The notes: a model not told the origin generated them from the letters alone. DNA of 64,000 nucleotides from Octopus vulgaris (GCA_951406725.2 OX597819.1:107136001-107200000); one strand, 5' to 3'; shown: positions 27,680-40,932, counted from the stretch's first letter. Program-made: numbers and translations.

Positions 27680-29849
27680 ACATGCGTGGAACATCACGAT
27701 CATCCCCGACCTCAAACACCATGTACAAAGGAACTACGAAGAAATTAAATGCCACCGATACTATTCAACCCAAGAATAACAATCGAGCGGTACGTACATT
27801 AAACTTACAACAAAAAATGTACGAAAAACTACACGTGCGAAATAATGTGACAACAGAAATAAACGGACCGGTACCCTACGAAAATGACGACCGTCAAAAT
27901 AATGGGCCGGACGTTGTACCTCATGTCCCGCAAATAAAACCCAAAAGACGTAAATGGACACGTAAATGGACACATTTCAATCTTACACGCATACTTCACA
28001 GCAATGCTCTACCCAAAAAATTAAAATACAACAACACATACATATAAAATATGGAAGGAAAATAATAGAGATATAGACTTGGATACAGCAATGAACCCTA
28101 ATAAATTAGCTAACGTACGAAGATACATTCTCAAAGCCAAAAAATGTCAAAATAGAACATTTAAAAGAAAAATACACCAGGAAAATGTAGATAGAAGCCA
28201 CACAACAATGCCCAATAATATAAACATTGAAACTGTAAAACACGAAGACAAACGCAACATTCCCAACAAACACGATGTAAACAACGAAGGGGAGCCTAAT
28301 GATTATGATAATATAAAAAATAAAATAATCAAAGAACTGAAAACCACAGAGCCCAAAGCCACCGAAAAAGAATGTCAACACCAATTATAAACAGATAATA
28401 GAAATAGCCACTGAAACAAAAAAAAGTGATATCACTGAACTAAATGAATATACGCAGCAGCCACTGCAGCCACAAAAGAAGCTGGATACTCAAAAAGGAG
28501 TATCAAAATAACAAACTCGGCATCTGAACAACTTTGGACCCCCATAACAACTGAAGAGGTCACCAAGGCACTGCAAAAACTTCCTACACCTCCAAACAAA
28601 AGAGGGACTCATGAAAACCAAAGACATCCCCATTAGAAGAGGAATATTCCAGGGAGACACGCTCTCTCCACTCCTTTTCTGCTTGGCACTGTCACCTCTA
28701 TCTGATATGCTAATTAGAACTGGATGCGGATATAAATGTTACGGCAAAACGATCAGCCACCTTTTATATATGGATGACCTAAAACTATACGCTGCAAATG
28801 ACAAACAGCTGGAAACACTATTAAAGACAGTTCATGGATTTACCAAAGAAATAGAAATGAAATTTGGATTAGAAAAATGCGCCAAAGTAACCATGAAAAG
28901 AGGAAAACTAGTTAAGAGTAACAACGTCACACTAGATAAAACCAATGAAATAAAAGATTTAGACCAAAGCCAAACTTACAAATACTTAGGAATCCATGAA
29001 CTAGATAAGACACAACACACACAAATGATGCATCACCCAAAATCTGACATAGAAAGACTATATATACAACGTATAGAAGGTGGTAGGGGCCTTATACAGC
29101 TGGAAAACTACTATAAAATAACCACCATAGGACTGCAAAAATACCTACTTCAGAAGGAAGGAAAACTGATCCAGATAGCAGCAAAACACGAGCAAAACAA
29201 AAAACTGTTCTCAGTATTTAAGGAAGTTGACAAATACAAACAAGAAATCATACCACCTAATAAACACGAAGAAGAAGAAGATGATGAACAAACAACAAAA
29301 GCTATAAAACAAATGAAATCCAAACTAAAAATAGAACAGCAACGAACCATGATAAAACGATGGCAAGAAAAGCCCCTTCATGGTAAATACTGCACTAAAC
29401 TAAACGCAAAAAGAAATAGACAAAGAAAAATCCCAGCAATGGTTGAGAAGCTCAGGACTCAAAGCAGAAACAGAGGGATTTTTAATTGCAGCACAAGACC
29501 AAAGCCTCCCCACCAGAAATTACCAAAAACATGTAATGAAAAGAAATATTACAAGTAACTGCAGAATATGTGGAGATGGACAAGAAACAATAAATCATAT
29601 TATCTCTAGCTGCCCAGTCCTGGCTAAGAAGGAATATATTCACAGACATGACAGAGTTGGAACCTACATACATTGGAAGCTATGCCAACATTATGGAATA
29701 ACAACAGAAAAAAGATGGTATAGGCACACACCAGAAAAGGTCACAGAAAACGAGAAAGCAACCATACTCTGGGATATGCCGATACACACAGATAGAGAAA
29801 TTAAGGCCAACAGACCAGATATAGTTGTCAGAGATCATGAAGAAAAAAA
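27680..29849 (+). mobile_element. R4/Dong-type LINE copy A with N-terminal region and internal deletions
   Basis: N-terminal KPKRRKWT and NKLANVRRYILK; RT GIFQGDTLSP and YMDDLKLY; CCHC-type knuckle CRIC..HIISSC; RHD; RPD; several frameshifts. Confidence 0.9.
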
Positions 29850-32600
29850 GTCCAAGCAAAAGCCCAAAGAATACGAAGATTTGAGAAGAGAAACAAGTTT
29901 TACAAACAAAATAAGCTGTTCACATCCAATGCCAAAAAATTCTACAGAGAAATAGGGAAGGAGAAAGTAACCGTTAAAGACCCCCTCCCATGGAAGAAGT
30001 TCAAAACTTTTGGAAAAGGATTTGGAGTGACAAGAAGACGTACAACATAAATGCAGACTGGATTATACAAACTGAAGGATCCTACCAAAATTTACAACAA
30101 CAAGCATGGGAAGACATCACAATAGCAGACCTAAGAAAGGCACTCACGAAGGCCCATAATTGGAAATCCCCCGGTAAAGATAGGGTGCCGAATTTCTGGC
30201 TCGCATCGCTCCCATGCGCACACGGTAAGCTAGTTCAGCTGCTCAATGGAATTATGAGAGACCCAAAGAAAACACCTGAATGGTTAGCAAGTGGCATTAC
30301 TTACCTACTCCCAAAGAATAACGAAACCAACCTTCCAAAAAACTATCGGCCTATAACCTGTCTATCCACCACGTATAAACTCCTAACATCTATCCTGGCG
30401 GAGAAAACATATGCATTCATGGAGAAGAACGATATTTTCCCCATTGAACAAAAAGGGTGCCGCCGAGGCTCTTACGGATGCAAAGATCAACTGCTAATCA
30501 ATCGTATGATCCTTGAGAACTGTCACAACAAGCGCAGAAATCTCAGCACCGCATGGATTGACTATAAAAAGGCCTTCGACAGTATACCGCATCCATGGAT
30601 CTTGAGATCGCTGGACATCTTCAAAATTTCCCCTGTGATTTCAAACTTCCTGAAGCACAATATGTCGTTGTGGAATACGAATCTCCAATTATACCACTCT
30701 AATGGAGTACTTGCCTCAGAAAATATAAACATCAACTGTGGAATTTTTCAAGGTGACTCACTTTCACCTTTAATATTCTGCATAGCCCTAATACCCCTTA
30801 CAAGTGAATTAAACAGAACAGGGTATGGGTATAAAATTGCCAATAAAAAAATAAGCCATCTATTTTATATGGATGACTTAAAACTTTATGGTAAAGACAA
30901 TAATGAACTTGAAGGCCTATTGCGCACCGTGAAAGCATTCAGCGATGACATCGGGATGGAGTTTGGACTTGAGAAGTGTGCCAAGGCCACTTTCCAGAAA
31001 GGGAAAGTGAAGACCACAAATTCAGTCGTGTTAGATGTTGACACAGTCATAAGAGAGCTTGAGCAAGAACAAACATACAAATATTTAGGGATAAATGAAG
31101 GCTCTGGTATTTAGCATGCAAGCATGAAAGAGAAAATCAGGAAGGAATGTTATAGGAGAGTTCGTGCAGTCCTGAAATCTGAACTAAATGCACGTAACAA
31201 GGTGTTAGCTATAAATTCCTTAGCAGTTCCAGTTGTTACTTATAGCTACAATGTGTTGAACTGGAATATGAGTGAAGTAAAGAATATAGATAGAAAAATA
31301 CGCAAGCTACTGAGTTGTAATAGGATGCACCACCCAAAGGCAGATGTAGATCGCCTTTACCTTCCCAGAGCCCAGGGAGGTCGAGGCCTGATCCAATTTG
31401 AACTAGCTTACAAAACAACCACAATTGGACTGGTCAAATATCTCGAAATATCGAATGACTGGATGCTAAAGCTCGTGGAAAATCACGAAAGACGAAAGAA
31501 GCTTCATTCTATCATCAAGGAAAGCAAAAAATTTGCTATTGATCTCGTGCAGGATACCCAAACTGAACAACCCGAGGGAAGTACGGCAACTATTGTTGCA
31601 AAGAAGGTGAAAATGATGGCAATGAAAAAAGCGCACGAGCAATTGGCTGATAGGTGGGAGGAGAAACCTCTGCACGGCAAATATGTGACCCGCAGCAAAC
31701 AAGCTGATGTTGACCAGAAGCAAACCCATCAGTGGCTACGGAGCTCAGGGCTAAAAGCAGAGAGCGAAGGTTTCATCCTGGCTGCTCAAGATCAAAGCCT
31801 ATTAACCCGGAACTACCAGGCCAATGTGATGAAAAATGGAGCAGACCCAAAATGCCGATTCTGCAACGACATGACTGAAACAGTGGACCACCTAATCTCT
31901 GGATGTAAAGTCTTAGCACCAGTGGAGTATAAATTAAGACATGACAGAGTTGGCCAATATCTCCACTGGCTAATAAGTCGGCATTACAATATCAAAACTG
32001 CCGACAAGTGGTATAATCACCACCCTGAGGCTGTAACTGAAGGAGAAAATGTAACCATTCTGTGGGACTTTCCAGTACATACAGACCGAACCATCAAGGC
32101 CAATAAACCAGATATTGTTGTGAAAGACCAAAACAATAAAGTTTGCTTATTGATCGACATGAGCATCCCCTGTGATCATAATATCTCATCGAAAGAGTTT
32201 GACAAGCTCAGAAAATATAAAGACCTACTCATTGAAATTGAGAAAATGTGGCATCTCAAGGCGGTTACAATACCAGTGATCGTAGGAGCACTAGGAATGA
32301 TCAAGAAGGGAACCGAAAATTATATGAGAATGATCACTGGCTTACCATCCCTGCAAGAAGTGCAAAAGATTGTCTTAACTGGTACATCACACGTATTGAG
32401 AAGAGCATTGTCGATGTGAGAACTGTTGCTGCTCATGTATTTTAATTTAACTTTAAAAAAAAAAAGAAAAAAAAAACATGAACGAACTACTGAGTTTGGT
32501 TTAATGGCCTACCAATATACACTATGAGTTTCTTTGCCCTAGGAGTCGGGAAGACACTCGGCAAGAAATGGAAGAAAATTTGAAAGAAGAAAAAAAAAGT
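29850..32600 (+). mobile_element. young 5'-truncated R4/Dong-type non-LTR retrotransposon copy B
   Basis: Full RT domain plus CCHC knuckle and PD-(D/E)xK-type REL endonuclease (KPD..LIDMSIP..K..KY); 3'UTR runs into (TAA)n. Confidence 0.95.
29990..32419 (+). pseudogene. RT-REL polyprotein with one in-frame stop
   Basis: ORFs 29990-31114 and 31124-32419 are in the same frame, separated by TAG at 31112-31114 (GI*HASMKEK); motifs KSPGKD, NYRPITCL, QKG, WIDYKKAFDS, QGDSLSP, YMDDLK, RHDRV. Confidence 0.92.
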
Positions 32601-32691
32601 AATAATAATAATAATAATAATAATAGAATAACAACAACAACAGTAATAGGCCCAAGTTAATGTTACAAGTATGCAGATAAAAAGTAATAAT

Positions 32692-32730
<39 letters not shown>

Positions 32731-32744
32731 AATAATAATAATAA

Positions 32745-33095
32745 AGGCACAAGGACTGGAATTTTGGGTGAAGAATAGTAGATTACATTAACCCGAGTGT
32801 TTCACTGTTACTTAATTTATTAATCACCAAAGGATGAAAGACAAAGTCGACCTCGGCGGAATTTGAACTTAGAACGTAGCGGCAGACGACATACCTATTT
32901 CTTACTACCCACAAGGGGCTAAACACAGAGAGAACAAACAAGGACAGACAAACGGATTAAGTCGATTAAATCGACCCCAGTAAGTAACTTGTTCTTAATT
33001 TAACGACCACAAAAGGATAAAAGGCAAAGTCGACCTCGGCGGAATTTGAACTCAGAACGTAGCGGCAGACGAAATACCGTTAAGCATTTCGGTGT
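32745..33095 (-). mobile_element. dimeric SINE (6 kb family)
   Basis: Core aaaggatgaaag.caaagtcgacctcggcggaatttgaact occurs twice. Confidence 0.85.
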
Positions 33096-33105
33096 GCTGA
33101 TGATG

Positions 33106-33153
<48 letters not shown>

Positions 33154-34309
33154 TCGAGTAAATTATAATATATTTTAGAAACCTAAAAGCAACGCATAAA
33201 ATTGGTATAAATTGTTGAATGCATCGTTTAATAGAAGCTCAAAGCGAGCATTAGGTAATGGATAAAAGGAAATATGAATTATGTTTTCTACATTATGTAA
33301 CTAAAAGGATTCAAAGCTAACGTCGTAACAAGTGTTTCACTTCATATCAAATATGATATGTGTATAAGAATTAATACTTATCCATTTAATATTTGTCCTA
33401 ATGTTGCTGAAAAGCCATTTATTGCATTGGATATATTTTGATTCCATTTGTTGAATTTCGTTTCCAAGGAAACAGTGCTAACCTAGTTTTTCGTTGATAT
33501 TATCGTAAACATTTTACGTGACCGCTCGACTTACCGAGAATACCAGTAAAATCTTCCCCAAAGCATGCCATAAATTGCTTGGAAATGAGAGAATTCATTC
33601 AATAATGAAGTCCTAGAAACTATATATTCGATACAATGTAAAGGCGTGAGGCATTTACCCGATTCTGGGAGATACGGGAAATAGCAGACATATATCCCTC
33701 AAACATACCCTGCCATTACAACAAAACAAACAATAACCATATTCTATAATGTACTCTTAGATATTCTATGTACTAAATATGTGAGATGGTATCTGCAGAA
33801 AAGTAATTAAGAACATATAGTCCATCTGGAGTAACTACGTAAATGGCTGTTTGCAAATTTAGTGTTAAAGGTGAAGATTAATCTGTGTGCATGCAAGTGT
33901 CTATGTAGTGTGCTATGTAGCGTGTAAAATCCCACTTGTGTTTGTTGTATGCAATTAAATCACTTATTGGAATTAAATGGTAAAACCATATAATTTGTTA
34001 ATAGGTAGTCGAATGCCTTATATCAAATATTGGCCGATCTGAAGGTAAGTTGCTTTGATGAGTGAAGGTAAGAAAATAACGCCGGGTTGTTCAACACGTG
34101 TGAAGAAGTCTTCACTGACAGACTGGCCAAATATATTGTACCCCATTCCACAGCTCAGCAGCAACTCTTAGGGATCCATAGTGTGTCGAGCTAGATGAGC
34201 CACAAGCTCGTCGATAGTTTAGTGTTTGCATCCGAATGGGATAAAGCAAAACAGCGACAAAAGGGAATTAGGTGTTAACGTTCCGACATTTAGACAGCGA
34301 CTGGATAAA

Positions 34310-34580
34310 CGCTCTTGAAAACGCGCGTTGTTACTCTGGGCGGAAGTCGTCGTGTGTATTCCTCCGTCGCTAGCTTTTAAAGAGCGGAGGAACACAGCAC
34401 TTGTGTGCTGCTACGCAATGTTGAATAATTCTCCTGCCCTGCTGCAATATCTTCTGGAAGCATTTTCTAGTTTGCAGCCATGACAGAGCACCAAAAGACA
34501 AGATTTAATTCTATTAGACATTGACTAGAGTATTACTGATGCAGAAATAAAAAAGGAAGAGGAAAATACTTCCAGGTGAG
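34310..34580 (+). promoter_or_regulatory. candidate promoter or first non-coding exon
   Basis: Locally CpG-rich non-repetitive patch, ETS-like GCGGAAGT at ~34340 and ~34622, strong donor-like cag|gtgag at ~34575. Confidence 0.25.
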
Positions 34581-35257
34581 GGCTGAAATTAGTACACAGG
34601 TAAATCTATTAGTGTTAATGTGCGGAAGTTCGCTACGGTAACTTGAATGATCCTGCAAGTACAACGAAATTTTGCAGCCAATTAGAATATATAAAAGACT
34701 CCGGATGTATGGAATGTGTACATACAGACGTTTTGTTTACCGATGTAGATACATTACGAATGTTATACAAACCGGTAACATAATCTACTGATGTTTCAAG
34801 TAGACTATATATTCATATATTTGTTCAAGCTATTTCGTAAGGCGTGTTTACTTTCGTGTGAGCAAATATATGATACACAATGTCCAGAGAGTGGAGTAAT
34901 ATATTGTGGACTGAGGAATGAGTGAATTCTAACGCATCGATCGGGACCCGTCAAGATAAAAGATGCAATGATTATTATGGGTAGTGGGAAAGCAATTTAT
35001 AGCTTGGCAATAATAATAGTTAATGAAAATGAACAGGAAAGAATAAGGGCAGGGGGATGGCGGTAAGAAGGTGAAACAAGTGTTTGTGAGACGCAAAAGA
35101 TTACAGTGTTGAGAAGAAGGGTGATGAACATTAAAGGTGTAGATTAATATTTATTTATAAACATCCTATATTCATAACACATGCACCCACAAACATATAT
35201 ACTCACACGCGAATAGATACATACATACATTCATGCAGAAATACATGCATACATACA

Positions 35258-35328
<71 letters not shown>

Positions 35329-35572
35329 ATATATACACTTGAAACATTCCTGTCACAACCTGGGACCTTGAAGATTGCTTTAATGCAAGAAAATATACAA
35401 GTCCCGTAATATTTTATATTCAATATTTTATCTATTCCATAAGACAATCAATACTTCATTTCATTTTACTATATATACTATTTATACTATATATACTATT
35501 TATACTACATTAATATCATAAAGAATATAAATAAAACATAAAAAAACAGACAGAGTTGGAATTCCTTTGAGT

Positions 35573-35619
<47 letters not shown>

Positions 35620-35648
35620 GTGTGTATGTGTGCGTGTATATATCTATA

Positions 35649-35683
<35 letters not shown>

Positions 35684-35756
35684 ATAATACTTTATTTGTT
35701 CCACGTCCACGCGTTGTTGTGTTTTTTTGTTTTTTTTTGTGTTTTCTTGTTTGGAT

Positions 35757-35807
<51 letters not shown>

Positions 35808-35989
35808 ATACATATATGTATGTATATAAGTATATAGGTGTTAAAAACTGTATACGCACTTTAAGTGACTATAGAGTCATTGTTTAAATAAATTTCATTT
35901 TCAAAATTTAATAGAATATAACGATAGAATTTAATTTTTTATTAATTCCTGTTTTCAAACTGTTGACGATTGTGGTTCAGGACTAACGA

Positions 35990-36420
35990 TAACGGGAAGC
36001 AATGTAATGGCAGGCGCTAATAAAAGGTTGGTCCTGTATTTGCTTGCATAGAATTTCAATCACTGCTCTCATTTTGTCAGCTGTTGCCCGATTTGTAACT
36101 TAACTTTCTTCTTCAAAGTATCCACAAGATAAAATCCAGTGGTGTGAAGTCTGGTGGAGGGTCTTTTACTCAACCCCTTCCTCCCATCACCCCATTTGGC
36201 AAACTCTCATTAAGATACAGCTTGCGTTGCTATGTTAATGTGGAGGCATTCAATTTTTACTAGAAATAAAGCACCACACCTTGAAAGTTCTCTAGATTGC
36301 TAGCCACGAGATATTGTTGCAGCATGTTCAAGCAAATGGGACCAGTCACAGACACAAAATTAAAATAGTTCAATAATCTGTTTTACTGTCAAATATATAG
36401 ATCATCCTGGTCATCCGAAG
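35990..36420 (-). mobile_element. Tc1/mariner-superfamily transposase remnant
   Basis: Minus strand reads PPDFTPLDFILW, matching the SPDLTPLDF.LWG motif. Confidence 0.7.
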
Positions 36421-36678
36421 TTTGTTTCTGGGTGCATATGTTATAGGTGTATTATTGATAAGGAGGGTTTTTTTTTTGTTTTGGTGCTGTTAGAGTATAT
36501 AATTAGTTTAAAATCATAATCAGGAGTGATATATTTCGTGCTGCATATGGTTCCATTAGGTGCAGTCTTTGACACATGCGTTTATTTTTATTATGTGTTT
36601 TCTCTGTTATATAAATTTGACTGTAACATAAACATTAGTTACATTTGACGGATATTTGTCCTCATCTTGTTTCTTGTT

Positions 36679-36724
36679 AACACAACGTTTCGGCTGATAT
36701 ACTCTCCAGCGTTCATCAGGGGTC
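36679..36724 (-). ncRNA. minimal type I hammerhead ribozyme-like motif
   Basis: Minus strand: gaccc CUGAUGA a cgcugg agaguaua ucagcc GAAAC GU U guguu; within repeat 36632-36775 shared with 63220-63360. Confidence 0.7.
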
Positions 36725-36793
36725 TTGGGGAAATTTCAAGCCTGGGTTCTCATTTCTAGGCTATTTTTCGATGTTATTATTATTATTATTATC

Positions 36794-36886
<93 letters not shown>

Positions 36887-37277
36887 CTCATGGCTTCTGA
36901 TCTTAACTTCTCATGGCTTCTGATCTTAACTTCTCATGGCTTTTGATCTTAACTTCTTATGGCTTCTGATCTTAACTTCTCATGGCTTCTGATCTTAACT
37001 TCTCATGGCTTTTGATCTTAACTTCTCATGGCTTCTGATCTTAACTTCTCATGGCTTCTGATCTTAACTTCTCATGGCTTCAGATCTTAACTTCTCATGG
37101 CTTCTGATCTTAACATCTCATGGCTTCTGATCTTAACTTCTCATGGCTTCTGATCTTAACTTCTCATGGCATCTGATCTTAACTTCTCATGGCTTCTGAT
37201 CTTAACATCTCATGGCTTCTGATCTTAACTTCTCATGGCTTCTGATCTTAACAATCTCATGGCTTCTGATCTTAACT
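36887..37277. repeat. 23-bp tandem array, ~17 units (ctcatggcttctgatcttaactt)
   Basis: Direct reading; there are no unique spacers. Confidence 0.95.
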
Positions 37278-37780
37278 GATTGGAAGTGTTATCATGTACA
37301 TTGTTTTGTCTTGGTATAAAAGATGGGCTACAGCAAATATTCTGCTCAATACCACAGATTTGCTTGTCAGTTGTTTGACCTTAACCAGTTGAGCATGTCC
37401 CTTAGTGGCTGACGATATGTGCATCTCTGATCACGAGCAGAAGTAGTGGGGGAGCATCATAGCCATGTGTTGAGAAGGATTCTTTGGGGTTTGAATAATT
37501 CACCTCTGGAAACATGGGTGTTTCGTTCAACGTCCTTAAACAACCCTTATTCAGGTCCTTTTGAGCGGGATGGGTTACTCGATCTGAAGAAAATTCTAAC
37601 TGGGCTCCACCTGCAAGGTCATGTGCTGTTTATCTTGATATGAGATCACCATGTCGCGCACATATGGTTGTGATGCATGTGCCTGGTGTACCCTTATCAG
37701 ACGGGTAGTCATGATGGGTATACTGGGCTTCGTATATTTTACCCCAGTGTCACTTTGATGGCATGCTCTGCTCGCTCACT
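37255..37780 (+). mobile_element. second copy of the (TAA)n-bounded 530 bp element
   Basis: Collinear with 19095-19597. Confidence 0.8.
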
Positions 37781-37781
37781 C

Positions 37782-37814
<33 letters not shown>

Positions 37815-38683
37815 TTTTATTTCTTTATTGCCCACAGGGGGCTAAACATAGAGGGGACAAACAAGGACAGACAAGGGGATTAAGTTGATTACATCGACCC
37901 CAGTGATTAACTGGTACTTATTTAATCGATCCCGAAAGGATGAAAGGCAAATAAGATAAGGACAAATATCCATCAAATTTAAATAATGTAAATAATGTAC
38001 ATAATTCCTCATCTCTTAAATATAGAACTGTGTAACACTGAATGTGGCACATTTCAGGACACTAGCTGTTACATCGAACCGTCTAGTACAACACTCTCGC
38101 ACAGATTCAAACTGCACTTGTAATATGGAACCATTCCACAACATTACGTCACATACCATAAAGAGAAATTAAAGAAAAATCTACCAAATAAAAATATCTA
38201 CTTTATCAAATTCAACACAGAAATAGAAAACGTGTAATGGAAATCAAACAATGCCAAAACTAACACCTAATGTTCACAATGTGACCGCAATAAATGACTG
38301 TATATTAATGCATAATGCAAGCGGTAAAAAAAGATATTGGCGGGAATGTCTACACTGATTCAGTCAGTATATAAGCAGCAACCCAGATGCCAAATATATT
38401 CTAATACATTCTTCTTAATGAGGCAATGAAGGTCGAGAAGAATTGAATATGTATTTAGAAACTCTACTCTTCCAAAATAACTGTAAAAAGTTAAATAGAA
38501 ATAGGGAAAATATAAAAGGAAAAAATAAAACTTGAATATTGTTGTACATTTAGTGAAAGATATATGCGTATGTGAGTGTGTATATATATATACTTATATA
38601 CTTAAATAAAAAAAAGGGTACAGCGGGTCATATGAAATTAAATAATTCACAAAGAAACAGAGGATTATGTAATTAAATTCATT

Positions 38684-38769
38684 AGCCTGCAAACGTTTCT
38701 GCTATAAGGTGCATTAAACACAAAGCTGAATTCTTGTGCATCACTTTATGATATAGCTTCCTCGGAGCT
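38684..38769 (-). ncRNA. degenerate hammerhead-like motif with long stem II
   Basis: Minus strand: agcu CCGAGGA a gcuaua...uauagc a GAAAC guuu GCA ggcu. Confidence 0.45.
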
Positions 38770-38899
38770 TACACAATGATTTGCAAAGCTGAAACGCATA
38801 GCAGAAACAGCAGTTAGCTAATGATGTACATAGTGTAATTTCCGATTCCTCTGTTATTTAATTTCATATTTAAGTTTTTTTCATACCAAATACTGAGCT

Positions 38900-39225
38900 G
38901 CGGCCAAACTGGAGTAATACGTTGAAAGATTTTAGTCCAACGAATCAAACCGAGTATTTATTTATTAAAGCATGTTCCTTATTATATCACCCTCTTATGC
39001 CGAACCGCTACGTTACAGGCCTAATCAAAATGACACTGGTTGTCCAGTGGTCATGTAGACAAATACAAAGACACACACACACACACACACATTACAACAG
39101 ACCTTCTTCGATTTCCGTCTATCAAATCTAATCACAAGGCTTTGGTCGGCCTGAGGCTATACTAGAAGACACTTGTCCAAGATACCGCGCAGCAGGGCTG
39201 AAACGAAAAAAGGTGGTTGGGAAGC
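38900..39225 (-). mobile_element. decayed SINE (family of 41970-42361)
   Basis: Shared gccgaaccgcta, tttccgtctatcaaatc, cacaaggctttg.tcggcc. Confidence 0.75.
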
Positions 39226-39904
39226 ATAAATATTCCCGCCGAGTATCTCCTGCGTTTATAAATAACCGCGCGCGTGAAAGTATGTGTATTTACGAATATA
39301 AGGTGCACTTTCTATAAAACTGAAAAATGGAAATAATGACAATCTTTATCGAAGACCCAGAAATATAATTGGTACCTCACCAGAAATTTAGTGAAAATAT
39401 GACGCACATATCTATAATACTTGCTTTAACATATGTCATTTTCAGCTAAACCAATAATTCTTGGCTAACGTTGCAGCTTAGTAGAACATTTACCAATAAT
39501 AACATATAGGCATTGTATGCCCTTCCCAAAAATTTGACAATGGTATACTGCATTTTCAAAGAACGTCACGTGATGCATTTCTTCCATAAAGTAATCCATG
39601 GAGCAGCATGTTGTTCTGAATTGAACTGAAGCGTTGAATATTATGAAGGTTTCGAATTATAGCGCCGAACTTCATTTCAGCCTCCTCGGTAGTTTTTCTA
39701 TATAGTTAACTAATTGATTTTGTCGTCTCATAAACGTTGTTATTATTCGGTACATGGTTAGAATAGGAAATGCTACAGGAAATAGTATGACATAAATGTA
39801 TGGATATGTATGAGTACGGGTGCACAAACATATATAAAGACAGAAAAACAAGCAGCCAGATATACAAATATACATACATATATATACATAAATATATACA
39901 CACA

Positions 39905-40038
<134 letters not shown>

Positions 40039-40140
40039 GGAGTAAACACATAAATGTGAAACAAGGTGGAAAAAAGAGTACTCAAATACCAGTGGTAGAG
40101 TAATATGCTTTATTTAAAGCAGCAGAAAATTCAATAAAAC

Positions 40141-40178
40141 CTGTTACTCTGAGTTTCCCGTTGCCGTTCATCGGACAG
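40141..40178 (-). ncRNA. minimal type I hammerhead-like motif, CCGAUGA core
   Basis: Minus strand: cugu CCGAUGA a cg gcaa cg g GAA acuc a ga GUA acag; all three stems pair. Confidence 0.65.
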
Positions 40179-40195
40179 TTTTTGCTTTAAATAAA

Positions 40196-40257
<62 letters not shown>

Positions 40258-40821
40258 CTTTATTCTTTTACTTATTTCAGTCATTTGACTGCAACATTAC
40301 TGGGGCACTGCCTTGATGGATTGTTGTCAAATGAATCGATATCAGCACTTGTTTTTATAAACGAAGTACTTATTTAATACATTCTATTTTTCTATTATTC
40401 TATTAGGTTCCCATTCGGAGCTTCCTATCCTCAGTCGAGTTTCAGATAATATTTGCAGTTTCGGCCGATTACACTCGAAACTGCTGCAATCTAGCCGGCC
40501 CCCCCAAAATCTAGGTGGGAGGAGAAGGACAGAAAAAGAAAAGAGAGGGACAGAGTGAGGTAAAAGATGAGGGAAAGTGGGAATGAAGGGAAGGCGAAAA
40601 AATGTGAGATGGAGAGCGAGAAAAAGTGGAAAAAACAAAGAAGCTAAGAAGGGAGCTAAAAGAAAGAGTAAAAGAATTTAGATATATATATATATGTAAT
40701 TACATACAGGAGACCAAAAGAGTACATACGCCGCTATATGTATATATAAAAAGAGAAAACAAAAAATGGAACAAGAACATCCGATCTAAAAAGGACAGGA
40801 AAAACAATAAATTGGCAGATA

Positions 40822-40872
<51 letters not shown>

Positions 40873-40932
40873 GTATATATACATATATATATATATATAT
40901 GTAGATAGATAGATAGATAGATAGATAGATAT

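Noticed and set aside
31112-31114. Programmed stop-codon readthrough in the LINE ORF
   Set aside because: Copy A has CAA (Gln) at the homologous position, so a simple nonsense mutation or sequencing error is more parsimonious
36887-37277. CRISPR-like array
   Set aside because: Units are contiguous with no unique spacers, there are no cas genes, and the context is eukaryotic
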